A DNA stretch of 64,000 nt. It comes from Chara braunii. Its lineage: Eukaryota > Plantae > Charophyceae. Below are positions 10,555-22,800 of the stretch, in pieces. Numbering within the stretch: the first letter of the stretch is position 1; the number at the start of each line of letters is the position of its first letter. Made by a program: the position numbers and the translations under genes. The notes under the pieces were generated by a model. The model had not been told where the DNA came from. It saw only the letters and a program-made list of their open reading frames with translations, and searched no databases. The stretch spans positions 6,273,466-6,337,465 of the forward strand of contig BFEA01000012.1 of NCBI GenBank assembly GCA_003427395.1. The letters run 5' to 3'.

Positions 10555-11354
10555 GCAAACAGAGACAGATATCTCCACTCTCGCTTGCCGTGTGCGCACG
10601 CATTCACTACCAACAGAGCGCTTATCGACTCCCAGTCCCAGTCCCAGTCCCTTTCTTCCGCTCCTCCCTGCGCTCTGTCGCGTACGATGGTACGTGAAGG
10701 TGCGGACTCGAGGTGTCCAGAATGAGAGGGGAATAGAGACGGCCGGGAGGGAAAGGCTGACATTGAAGGACGACGCAAATGGAAGAAGTGGCAGGAAGAG
10801 AATAGGGAGGAGAACAATGATTATGGCAGTATCAATCTCATCACGAGAGAACGTGAGAAAGTGATGGTAAAACCAACACGGACCTCCACTTCTCAGCGCA
10901 TAGGCTATAGCCCCTCATGCACTAAAAATGGCATTCGGGAATAACGTTTTTCAGGTTTTGCTCTTTTTTGCCCCGTTCTGTTTTTCGGTCTAGGTCTGTG
11001 TGTGCCCAAGTTTGGTGTGTGTTATTGTAGCCTTGGCCCTTGGATGCGGCTGCTTTGACAGGGTCCTGGAAAGCCTGAAAATCCTGAAAATTCTGAAAAT
11101 TCTGAAAACTGTAGAGGGTGAATTTTGCATGAAAACACATTTTTTTTGCCGCAGGGTTTTAGGCTCCCTTGAGTTTTATCTTTGCGTTGCTTTCTATTTT
11201 GCTGTTGATTTATTTGTGTGCCCACTCTATGGGTCGGTGACAAGTTTGGTTTATAAGCCGTGGGAGCTCTGGAATAAAGACCATGAGAAACCCCTGACCG
11301 CTTCCCGATGAAGGACACACAGGGTGAGGAGGAGATCAGCAAAGCGAGACATAC

Positions 11355-12334
11355 TTCAACTTGTTGAGCTCAACCAAATATGCCGCCTGCTTCGCGGGAT
11401 CCTTGGGACTCCCATCCGCCTCCATCTCCAATTTTTCGAGATGCTTCTTCCTCTGATGGGCTGGCCATTGGGTAACGAACCGCACAACAGCGATATTTCT
11501 GATCGAACCAAGGACGTCGAAAAGCACACGGAGTCTAACATACCCAAGGACACGCAATCGCCCTCTCTCACGGTCTTCCTCCTCTGCTGCGCCAAGCTGT
11601 GCATCAGTCCTGTCTTCTGGAGAATTTCCTAAAAAGGAAGGTTCCTCTCCATCTTTTTTAGAAGAGCGCATCGGCACTCGCTGCTGCTGATTAGCAACCC
11701 CTCCCCTTCCTCCCCCTCCGACTTCTCCCCCTCCCCCTCCCCCTCCCCCTCCTCCCACCTCCCCCGAACTGTCGAGAGCACCTCCTCTTCCTCCTCCGGA
11801 TTTACGCGTCGTCACGTGCCCTCTCTGCCGGTTCCCTACGTGATTTCCGGGAGCACCGCCCCCGATCCCTCCACCACCGCCGCTCCCACCAACGTCCCCT
11901 CCTCCTCCTCCTCCTCCTCCTCCTACCGCAACAGGGCCGCTGCACATCAGTCCCGCTCTCCATGGCAATCCAAATCCGGGGACGTGAACCGCGCAGCAGA
12001 ATCTCCACCCTCCCCTCCCTCTTCCCCCTCCTCCCTGCTCCATCCTTCTACCCAAATCGGTGCCCCCCACCGAAATACTTCGGTAATGACACGTGGCCAA
12101 CTTACCGCCCAATCCTATTGGTCCACTTCCTTCGATCGTCCGATACGCGTATCTGACGAACCGAACCTCTGCAGCCACAAAGCGATTCCTCGAAAACGAC
12201 GACGACGAACACCATACGCCATTCCTGGAAGATACCGAGCACCATTCTTCTCGGCCGGAACATGACAAGCCACCTAATCCTGCACATACCCCTCCCCTTC
12301 CCCGAAAATGCGGGGAAACCACCGCCGCACTCAT
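11355..12334 (-). CDS. FTSH11: First coding exon of an FtsH11-like ATP-dependent zinc metalloprotease (organelle-targeted); downstream exons not found in the window
   Basis: Long Gly/Ser/Arg-rich transit-like N-terminus, then WPAHQRKKHLEKLEMEADGSPKDPAKQAAYLVELNKL, matching the FtsH11 WPFW.QEKRLEKL..EADANPKDA..Q..LL.ELNK block; ends at donor AA|GTATGT (intron begins at 11354). Confidence 0.8.
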
Positions 12335-14655
12335 TCTCCCTCCCTCCTAGGCACTCAACGAGTGAACTTTCCTCCTCACTCTTTCCCTCCTCTTCCTCCT
12401 CCTTGCCAGCAGAATCCGCTTCAAATCGCGATTGCCGACCCAAAACCCCTTACTGACCGGCCCAACACCACCCGATACCACACGTAATGCACACTTATCG
12501 ACGGACTCACCGACTCTTCGAAGCCACAACAAGAAAGCAGCCGATAGGCTTGGTTTAGCATGGGCCCTGGTAAGAAAGCAGTGACTGACCCAGACGGATT
12601 CCTGCTCCGTCTTTCAAGTTGCACCCCGCGCCCGCGCTGCTGACCCGCCGCGGGACCATGGCTGGTGGACTGGCCAATCCTTTCTTGCCTACGTGGTTGG
12701 GTGTGACAACCCAAGGGAGGTTCACTGGCGGGCCCAACGCCAGGACGAAGGTGGTGAGGTGGGTGTTCCGCGGGTCGACTGAAGTGCCCAAGTCGGTCGG
12801 TGCAGTTGACACAAGCGTCCGATATGGCAATCGGCCTTAGCCGCGATTACGTGGCAGCCGCTACGCTACGTGGCCACTGGTTCCCAGGCACTACAGAACG
12901 GAGCGGAAGACCAGACCAGGTGCAAAGGGACACGGCTTCCGAGCCGAAGCAGGAACGCTATGCTATCTGCGCAGGTGCACGTGTGCAGAAAGCACCGTAC
13001 ACTTCTTAACATCAACAGCTATGGGTGAAAGAGACGACAGAGCGCGCGAGCGCGAGCGCGAGCGCGCGCGCGAGAAAAAGAGAGAGAGAGAGACAGGAGA
13101 GCAGCAGCACCGGCGGCCCCCAGGCCCTGCAGCGACCGGCCTCACTCCCACGCTCCACTCTGCTTTCCCTCTCGGCCCAACTATCACGCCGATCACCGAT
13201 TTTCTGAAGACGTGCTGGCAGACGCCCACTGCCCGGCCCCCCGCTGAGCGGCACTTCGGCTATGTTCTTCTCACTTTGGCTATGAAAAAGCGGGGACTGG
13301 CAGTCAATAGAAAACGGCAAAACAAAAACAACTGGCGGGGTTGTGAACAGTCTACTGTATAATTCGAATTCCTGCCGAGTAAAACTGACACGCAGGGATG
13401 GCTTGGACCGGGGCGCTTCCGCCGGCGCAATAGCCCTCGGACCAAGCGCCGCCTACCCGGTAACGGCGGACCTCGCGGACCTCGCGGACGCAAACACTAT
13501 CAGCGTGATAGTAGCGCGGTAGCCTTAGGGATGACTCCATCGGCGTTCCGCCATGTCGGAAGGCCATCTGCACGCAGTGAGAGGTGCGTGATGGGATTGT
13601 CATCGCGTGGGGCCGGATACCAACCCAATTTATCCAGGCCATGGAGCTCCTCAGTGTCTGGATTAGCACAAAGAGAGAGTCGAGCTGACTCGCCCAGGTA
13701 TTAGAAGCCAAGTTAGGTTATCAGTTTATGGCAGGGCAACAGGAGGTCGAGAGGGGGAGGGAGGCACGATCACACCCCCTTGCTCCTGATTTTTAACTGG
13801 CGAGGCGAAACTGGAGAACGAGTACGTGAGATGATTCGAATGTGCTATGAAGAAGGGTCATTTCCCCGGATATAGCTCCAGGGGAGATGCATGTCGACGG
13901 CAAACGAGTGCTTTTCAAAGTTAACTTGGTTTTTTTTTTTTTTTTTTTTAAAGAGGAGCATACTGTTACAATTATCTTTGGCGACAGCGCTCGCGGACGA
14001 TAACGCGACGGCGCTCGCGGACGATATCGCGACGGCGCTGGCGTTCAACAAGGGCTCATCCCCCCGGCTATAGATCCAGGATAGATCCAGGAGTGAAGGA
14101 CGATATAGTATGTGCTTATGAAGACGAAAGAGTGCAGGATGGAAGCTCGGAGGCACAAGTGGAGAGCCCTAACCTGGTCTCCTACATGGCTAAGAGCAGG
14201 GCGATTGTAGTGTGGATGTTAACCAAAGGAGAAGACTATCTGCCAACCGAAGGAGAAGACTATCTGGCGTTAGGTCCTACTACCGGTAGCTACAAGCTGG
14301 AGGTGAAACCATAGTTGACCAGTGCACAGCTGAAGTAGCAGAGAAGCGAGGAGGATGAGCGCACCTTTTGGGTAACTGCGGTGCAACTTAGTTTTTTTTT
14401 GGGGAAAACTAGGGCGCTGTCACGGTTTCAGTTTGAAAATGCGCTTCAGTCACGGATTCGCGAATGGTGTGCCAAAGCGAGGAAAATCCTGAATGTATAC
14501 GACCTACCTGTACGGTAGGGTGGGGATGTGTTGTATTCGAGGGATGCTCGAACTGGATTTTAAACTCTATTCGTGACTGCGCCCTAGTTACTCTTTTTAT
14601 TTATTTTTTTTCCCTTCATAAACTCGTCATTTCATCATTTCATAATTGGAAACGT

Positions 14656-15797
14656 GTCCTTCGGGACATCCGTTAAAATTGGAACGATACAGAGAAGTTT
14701 TTTTTTTTTTTTTTTTAACAAACCATTCATTTATTATTATCAAAACAATCGGAGAGAGGCCGGGGACCTCACATTTCAACCCGGAGTTATCTCGGCAGCA
14801 TCAGCCGATTTAGCTTATCATTACTCCACTGATTCTTCCAAAACCCAGTCCTTCTCAAATCCACAGCAGAACACGACCGCTACAGCTCCTGTCCTCTGAG
14901 AAGGTCTTTTCCCACTAACTTCCTGACTTCAATCAGACGCACGATTAGCTCACTTGCCTGTCCTACTTCTCCCCTACCTACCTGCTACTCTCACCCTACT
15001 ACCTGGCTGTTTCGGGAAGGCCTAACCCGGCCTGGTACCGGCCCACAGCGGTCGGTTGGAACTGACTCAGTTCCTGGTAACCGTGACACTCTACCACCCC
15101 CGACCCCAGTGTGACCTCCCGCGGTCCAGACCAGGAGCCGGCCCCAAACCGAGTGTCCTGGTTCGGGAAATACGACCCACCTACTCTTACCTACTCTCTA
15201 GCCTTCTACTGGCATCTGGGGTCGGGTGGGCCCCTCTGTCTTCCAGACACCAGGTTGGCTCCTAATAAACGACTGTGTCGTAATTGTCCCCGTGCTCTAA
15301 CCACCTGCTGATGACCAAGCTCCCGTCCATGGAGATTGAGGCCAGCCGATCGCTGAGCGCCCAGGTGTTTCGGAACCAGGCAATCCCTTCTCGTCGCTTT
15401 TCCTGATCCGCCTTTCTAGTCCAGTCCGCCCAAATGGACTTGACCATCAACGATCTGAACAGTGCTTCCGCCTGTCTCTCGGGTAGCCCTTCCCCTTTAA
15501 ACCTCAATCCGTTTCTGTCCAGCCAGATGACCCATAGCATCGCTGCCCTGCCGACTTGTGCCACGTAACCCCACCCTTCACAGCTACTTTGGGTCTGAGG
15601 GAGACCTCCAAGTAGAACCCACCTCTGATCCGTCAGCGAATTATCACCCGTTATCCACCGCCAGTATCTCTCCCACCAACCCCACCACTCCTTGGATTTC
15701 GGGCATTCCCACCAAAGGTGGCTCATAGTCTCCTGCGCCGCCTGGCATCTGTCACGTGTGGAGTTGACACGCATAAATCGAGAACTGGTCCAGATTT
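14656..15797 (+). pseudogene. U6 retrocopy split into a 5' part (14656-14697) and a 3' part (15765-15797) by an antisense LINE fragment; 24 nt of U6 missing
   Basis: gtccttcgggacatccgttaaaattggaacgatacagagaag|T19 ... |tgacacgcataaatcgagaactggtccagattt, then an A-rich tail; tggaaacg at 14647 and 15829. Confidence 0.92.
14698..15764 (-). mobile_element. 5'-truncated L1/Tx1-type LINE: ORF2 C-terminus (zf-RVT), 3' UTR and poly(A)
   Basis: Stop-free ORF 15262-15774 with RCQAAQETMSHLWWECP...W and LWVIWLDRN motifs; poly(T) on the plus strand at 14698-14716. Confidence 0.88.
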
Positions 15798-16130
15798 AAA
15801 AATAAATAAATAAATTTGAGAAAAAAAATGGAAACGAGGCCGGGAACCTCCTCACAGACAACCTGAATTGCGGTCCAAGTTCCACTGGGAGCGACGCTCT
15901 TCTTGGAAACTCAAATCAGGATGGCGATTGGTCCACTCCTTTTTTTTTCTTTTTCGTTTTTAGTCCAACCTTCCGAAGGCATCCGACGTTAAGTTTGAGT
16001 TGGATCCAGGCTATGGGGAGAATATGAAAGATAAGATTTGGGTAGAAACCTCAGAAGGAGATATGTTGGGCTTTTTCATTCAGAAGTGATACAGAAGTGG
16101 AGTGTCGGAGGGGAAACAGGTCAAGGCGTC

Positions 16131-16283
16131 AAGGTCAGCAGTGACAGCAACAAGCGCCATCGCACTATGGCAACGGTCAAGAGTCAACATCAAGACCACC
16201 ATATCAAAGGTCAGCAGTGACAGCAACAAGCGCCATCGCACTATGGCGACGGTCAAGGGTCAACATCAAGACCACCATATCAA
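16131..16283. repeat. 76 bp tandem duplication
   Basis: aaggtcagcagtgacagcaacaagcgccatcgcactatggc... at 16131 and 16207. Confidence 0.95.
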
Positions 16284-16759
16284 GACCCGATGGGCCATCC
16301 GGGTGGACCCCCGCCATTACATGGTCAGCAAGGAGATCAGCATGAGCCACTGCAAGGATTTCAACCATTCTCGTCTTTGTATAATCCTACTTACTCTCAA
16401 CCTCCGCAAGTTCGTATAGGTGCAGGACCTGTCCAGCACCCTCCAGATTTCCCTCAAGGCAATCAAGGGTGGGGAGCACTTCCGTTCATGCCATGGAACC
16501 TACAAGGTGGGCAGCCACAGTATGGAATGTTCCCGGGCGCTCATCTGTTTCAAGAAGGCCCTTCGGCCTCCGTTCTAGAGGAACAGTCTCAAGCAGCCCT
16601 TTTTCTATACAAACAACTAGCTGCTATGGGTGGAGTGGATCAATCTGGAGCGATTCCACCCGAAGGTACAGCACCTCACACCAGCCGTCTACCTGTGCCA
16701 CAAGGACCCCTCCCTCGAAGAGGAGTGTTTTTTTTTTTTTTTTGTTTTTTTTTTAAATA

Positions 16760-17830
16760 ATAAAACCCGGGTTTGCCAGAGACGCTGGTAAGAGCAGACC
16801 CCCTAGCAACCCTGTGGCTGGCTCCGGTCTATTGGTCGGGAGCAACACTTGCTGGAAATCGGGTCCAGCATCCCTTACAAGCCAACAATGAGAAGATGTA
16901 CCATCTCCATGACGATCTTCAAGGTCCGAAAGTGCACAACAACGAGGGCACAACTCCAAGCGTATGAGCCGGAGCTACCAGGAGTCAGGCTCACGCAACT
17001 GAAAAGAAACCCGGAGCTGGAAGAGGACATACTGTGGTCTGGGCTCATCCGAGTCCGAGTTCTCGGGGACGACAAAGAACGTTGGTGGGCCTACGAGGCT
17101 TCTACCCCGATCTCCCTACTCCCCTTCGACCCAGAAGAATGGGGATGGGAGGGCAAAAAGCCATTGCCATTGTGGAAATACACTGTGAAAGATTGTTATG
17201 CGAAAATCCACAAAACGGTTGACACCGCCGACATTGTCAAACACCGATGGCAGAGGGATGCATGCCCGACAGCCATGCATACTTTCAAATGGTCCCATTA
17301 CACCAGCATCATGCCTACATCCCACAGCGCACTACAATGGCAGATTGTCTACCGATGCCTACCGACGCCTGTTGCTCTATTGCCCAATGGTACAACAGAT
17401 ATGGCAGTGGTGGATGGCAGCCTGACACTTCCTTACAGACACTGACTTCCCGTGGGACAATATGGCAATTATGCTAAACGACCTCTCCAAAGTTTTGGCT
17501 TCGGAAACCCCATTCCAGCTCAACCTGCTCAAATACACACGACTGGAAATTATGATGGTGGTGTGGCGGGCATGATGCGCTCACGAAAGGAAAGAGCACT
17601 GTTTCGGCTTTCTCCAGGCTAGACAACAGATTATAGACACTATAAGAACGAACATTCAAAGAGTCTGGAAACAGTTGAGCACCACCCTGGAAACAACAAC
17701 TGATCACACACAAAAGGCTCAACAACTCGATCTGTTTCAGTACATATGGCTCGACCCGCAAAGACAGATAGATGAACTGCAAGTCGACCAGCACCTGCAA
17801 TGGAAACCATGGTGGCAGGAGGAACGTGGG
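16760..17830 (+). mobile_element. Degenerate L1/Tx1-type ORF2 3' fragment
   Basis: RVRVLGDDKERWWAYEASTPISLLPFDPEEWGW resembles RIRVIKERDHWWAYRPNRLIAQLAFD in the 19.8-23.9 kb LINE; LQWQIVYRCLPT and LLLYCPMVQQIWQWW are zf-RVT remnants. Confidence 0.75.
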
Positions 17831-19809
17831 TGGCAAAGACGGCCCCTGAGCTCCTTTGCCCGCCCGCTACCAGGACGACCGTTCACCGTGTGTCCCAATG
17901 CAGATCACACTTCCCTGCCCACCCCCNNNNNNNNNNNNNNNNNNNNNNNNNNNNNNNNNNNNNNNNNNNNNNNNNNNNNNNNNNNNNNNNNNNNNNNNNN
18001 NNNNNNNNNNNNNNNNNNNNNNNNNNNNNNNNNNNNNNNNNNNNNNNNNNNNNNNNNNNNNNNNNNNNNNNNNNNNNNNNNNNNNNNNNNNNNNNNNNNN
18101 NNNNNNNNNNNNNNNNNNNNNNNNNNNNNNNNNNNNNNNNNNNNNNNNNNNNNNNNNNNNNNNNNNNNNNNNNNNNNNNNNNNNNNNNNNNNNNNNNNNN
18201 NNNNNNNNNNNNNNNNNNNNNNNNNNNNNNNNNNNNNNNNNNNNNNNNNNNNNNNNNNNNNNNNNNNNNNNNNNNNNACCCTACCCCCCTCCCCTCCTCC
18301 TACCCCCCCGGGCCTGGAAATGCAGTGACTCAACTTTTCTGATGATTTGGCCAGGAATCGACTACAATAAAGCCACAAGGGATGCCCTCTCACGAGAAAC
18401 TGATGGAGTGAACAGCAACGAGCAACAATGACGACCGGAAGCAGAACAGGTGGAAGCTTGAAAGAACACAGCACCCGAACCCCAGCAGATTCTCGAGGAG
18501 AGGGAGGAACTTCGCAACAGAATACAGCCTCAACAAAAGGGGGAACAATGGAACCACCTATCACATCTTAATTGCTCCAGACTCTGCCCCTAGTACCAAA
18601 CTATAGCAATATTGATTCAAAGAGACAGTGTTTCATCTAGCAAATGAAGGGTGGGGGTGGGAGATTGAGAGGCCGGCGTACCTACTGGAACTGGTAAGTT
18701 AAGCATGGATGATAGAACCAGGCATGGAGACTTAATTGGGCGAATGGAGTGAAGCAGAACAGCCAATTCATCACCAACTCCCTCAGCAGTAGCCATGGGC
18801 TCCGAGCGTACTATCATCTCCTTTACACTGCCAGTGGGCAAGCAACTTAGGCTGTCGGGCGCTTTTATGTGCTAAAATTCAGGTCTTTGTAGGACGCTCC
18901 TGCAGCCTACTATCATCACAAACACATCTCTGATTCATGCAAACACTGTTGGCTGATGAAGGGGGGTATAGAACATTTCTAAGAATCAGTGACCAACTCT
19001 CCTAATAGCAGTCGGGAGATCTGTGTATACGACCATTTAAACTATCACTTACCGTAGGCTGCCAGGTAGGCCAGCAACTCAGGCTGTTGTGCAGTCCTAC
19101 CTGCCTGACTTCATTCTTTCTAGGTAAGCCCAGTAACTTGCGGTCATTTCAATTGCATATCTATTTACACAAACAACCACAATGTTTAGGGACGCTGGAC
19201 CCGTTTTCCAACAGGTGCAGCTCCACACCAATAGATGGAGCCTCCCCGACAGTGCTAGTGGTGNNNNNNNNNNNNNNNNNNNNNNNNNNNNNNNNNNNNN
19301 NNNNNNNNNNNNNNNNNNNNNNNNNNNNNNNNNNNNNNNNNNNNNNNNNNNNNNNNNNNNNNNNNNNNNNNNNNNNNNNNNNNNNNNNNNNNNNNNNNNN
19401 NNNNNNNNNNNNNNNNNNNNNNNNNNNNNNNNNNNNNNNNNNNNNNNNNNNNNNNNNNNNNNNNNNNNNNNNNNNNNNNNNNNNNNNNNNNNNNNNNNNN
19501 NNNNNNNNNNNNNNNNNNNNNNNNNNNNNNNNNNNNNNNNNNNNNNNNNNNNNNNNNNNNNNNNNNNNNNNNNNNNNNNNNNNNNNNNNNNNNNNNNNNN
19601 NNNNNNNNNNNNNNNNNNNNNNNNNNNNNNNNNNNNNNNNNNNNNNNNNNNNNNNNNNNNNNNNNNNNNNNNNNNNNNNNNNNNNNNNNNNNNNNNNNNN
19701 NNNNNNNNNNNNNNNNNNNNNNNNNNNNNNNNNNNNNNNNNNNNNNNNNNNNNNNNNNNNNNNNNNNNNNNNNNNNNNNNNNNNNNNNNNNNNNNNNNNN
19801 NNNNNNNNC

Positions 19810-22800
19810 CCCCCCTTCCCTTCCCCCTTTTCCATTTCACTTCCGCAATCCAACCCCTTTGTTCTCCCCCCAGCCAGTCCTTTCCAAAAAGTTGAATTTG
19901 CCTTTTTATTTCGGTATTTAAATGTAAAAAATCCACTTTTCCTTTTACCCTTTCCCGTTGGATAGTAAGGTATGCTTGAATCTGCTGCTTGATTGCTTTT
20001 ATAACTGTTTGCCCTTCGAGGTGGACTCCTTTCATTTCACAGGTACATCTTCTCCACCAAATTGTCCAGAAAACTGCTTTGCGGCTTATCCTAAACATAT
20101 CCCTCCAAGATGCTTGTCTGCTCGGGCTGCCAGGTTTCACACAAGATTGATTTCCAATCCCATGGCCAGGAGATGGTCGTGCCCAATTGCCTCCACACCC
20201 GATCCCACCACCTCCACAGCCAGACCGACCCGGGGCATTGCAAAAAGATGTGTTCAATTGTTTCAGGTCTCCGCCTAGCCGGATATGATGCCACACACAG
20301 TTTGCACCAGGGAAGAGTTTTTCCTTTCTGTTCCAAGGATGTGCGGCGATCAGCCAATCGTTGGTGGGTAGGCAGCGGTGTTCTGCTTGCCATGGCAGAG
20401 AAGCGATCTTGGCCGATACTGCTTTACTAAGTCTGAACCACTTGACTAGTTGGAGCGCACCCTTTTCCAAATTGAGGTGTCTCATCCAACGCTCTATCAC
20501 CACATCCTTTAAGTTCACCTTTGGGTGTAGCAGTCCGTAAGCCCCTTTTACTGTCATTGAGTGGATCTACTGCTTACCAATTCTGCCCCTGCCAATCTGT
20601 GTGGTCCAGACCCAGATGGCCAGATCAAACGCCAATTGTGCAATTAACCTATTAGGTCTATATGCCCACCAGTGGTCCCTTTCCTTAATCACTCTGATCC
20701 GGAAGACCTCCTCTTCTTTAGACCATCTCGTTTCCTCCGGGGAGGTCCTAATCAGCCTGTTGTTTCTTCTGACTTGGAACAAGTTCACCATCACCTTCCT
20801 GTTTGGACGCCCGAATACCACCACATTTCCAACCCGATCCTCACACACTTGTATCCCTACCCAATCACTCTCCTCCAAGGTTCGTCATTTTTTTAAGATC
20901 CTAACCCAATCCAGTGATATCGAGAAAATGATTTTTTCAAGTGTTTCCCCTATATTGTGGCAGTATCGCAGCCTCTCCCTTAACGCTCTTTCAGTTATTC
21001 AATCTTTGGTTTCGGAATCCCAAATATCCCCCACCCTAAGAACACCCTGAGCTACCCAGTCTTTCCACGAGGCCTCCATGCAGTGGGAGTTGTGCCATGG
21101 AAGTCGGTGATCCACCGGTTCCCGAACAGGGGTTGTTTGCACACCTCCTCCCACCTTTATGAAGCCACCTTGTCCGGAAGCAGCAACTTACGCCAGGTAT
21201 CGAGCAATGTGGTCCAAAAAGCGTCATAATTAATATGTCTTCTTGTCGTTTGTCTATCGGATCCTTGCTCTTCATTACATTTTGTCGTTATTTTCAGTGT
21301 AGTCCAGTTTCTGTCCTCCAACCACCTTATCAGGTCCGTGCTTTCGGGGGTGGGGGGGGGGGGGGGGGGGGGGGCGGCAGCCGTTTAATCTGTTGTAGGG
21401 CCAAATTCCTGCTGGGGGAGCGAAAATTGAAAATCAGGCTCTTAACCCATTCCAGAGTCAGTGTCATGATTTATGTGGCAGGATTTAAGATCCTCAGGCC
21501 CCCTTTTGTTTTAGGTTGCACGATCGCCCGTCAAGCGACCCTACTAATCACACTTTGACATTCACGATTTCCCCTCCAAAGGAAGGTCACCACTTGTCTT
21601 TGGAGAGGACGCAGTGTTGTGTTACTAAGCGACCAGATGGTTGTCTTATACCAAAGGGAAGCTAATATCACATTATTGATCACCAAGGCTCTTCCCATCA
21701 AGGATGTGTGTTGGTCCTTCCACTGCGTTAATTTTTCCAGTATTGGATGCATCAGTCATTCATCATTTGATGGCGGGCGACCCTCGTCAGTCATTTGTAC
21801 CTCTAAGACTCTAATAGGTGAGTTGGTTGGTACCCTCCTTATTTGGGGGACCTCTGATGGCCTGCACCCTTGGTAGTGGATCCACTATCCTTCAGTCTTA
21901 CTGCCCCAGTTTACCTTCATGTCCGACAGGGTGCAGAAACGATCCTTCAGCAGCTGAATTTCCTTCATGTTTTTAGGTGAGGCATCAAGCATGAGAGTGA
22001 GGTCATCCACAAACAGAGAGCAAATCAGAAATGCCTCCTCCGGGATATAAGAGACCCCTATTCGCTGAATTTTCTTATGTACTCTCAAGTTTGTTGCCAG
22101 AGCCTCCATGATTATAACAAACAGGAAAGGGGCAATCGGGTCCCATTGGCGTACCGAACGTTCCAAGTCAATTGGGGGGGTCAACCTCCAATTTACTTGC
22201 ACCCCTGTTGTGGCGCTACCATGGAGGATCCCCACCCACCTTATGAAAACATGGTCAAAGTTTAGTTTCTCTAGACATTTATCCATAAAAAATCAGTCAA
22301 CATGGTCATAAGTTTTTTCAAAGTCGATAAAGATTATGGACACGTTGTGCTTTGATTGTCGTGACAACTTTATTACCTCATTTATCAGGAGAATATTATC
22401 CTGTATCTTCCTACCCTTTATAAAGTTTGTTTGTGATGGGTGGATAATGTCTTCCATCACCTGAATCATCCGATTGACAAGAGTCTTCGCCACCATTTTA
22501 TATACTACTATTAATAAGGTGATAGGTCAGTTGCTTTGGATGTTAGTTTTTCCACCTTTCTTATACAGGAAGTATAACACTCCTTGCCCCACCGCCATTT
22601 GACCAGACTCCTAAACCACGCAGTAGTAGTCCATGAGATTGTGTGATAGGGAGTTTCACATAAACTCTCAAAATTTCTTCGGCAGTCCATCGATGTTTGG
22701 GATCGTTTCCTTCTCCATCCGCATAATGGTTGTCCAAACTTCCGCCTTTTCCAGAGGTTTGTCTAATGTCTCTTTCTGCTCATCCGAGAGGCTACACCTC

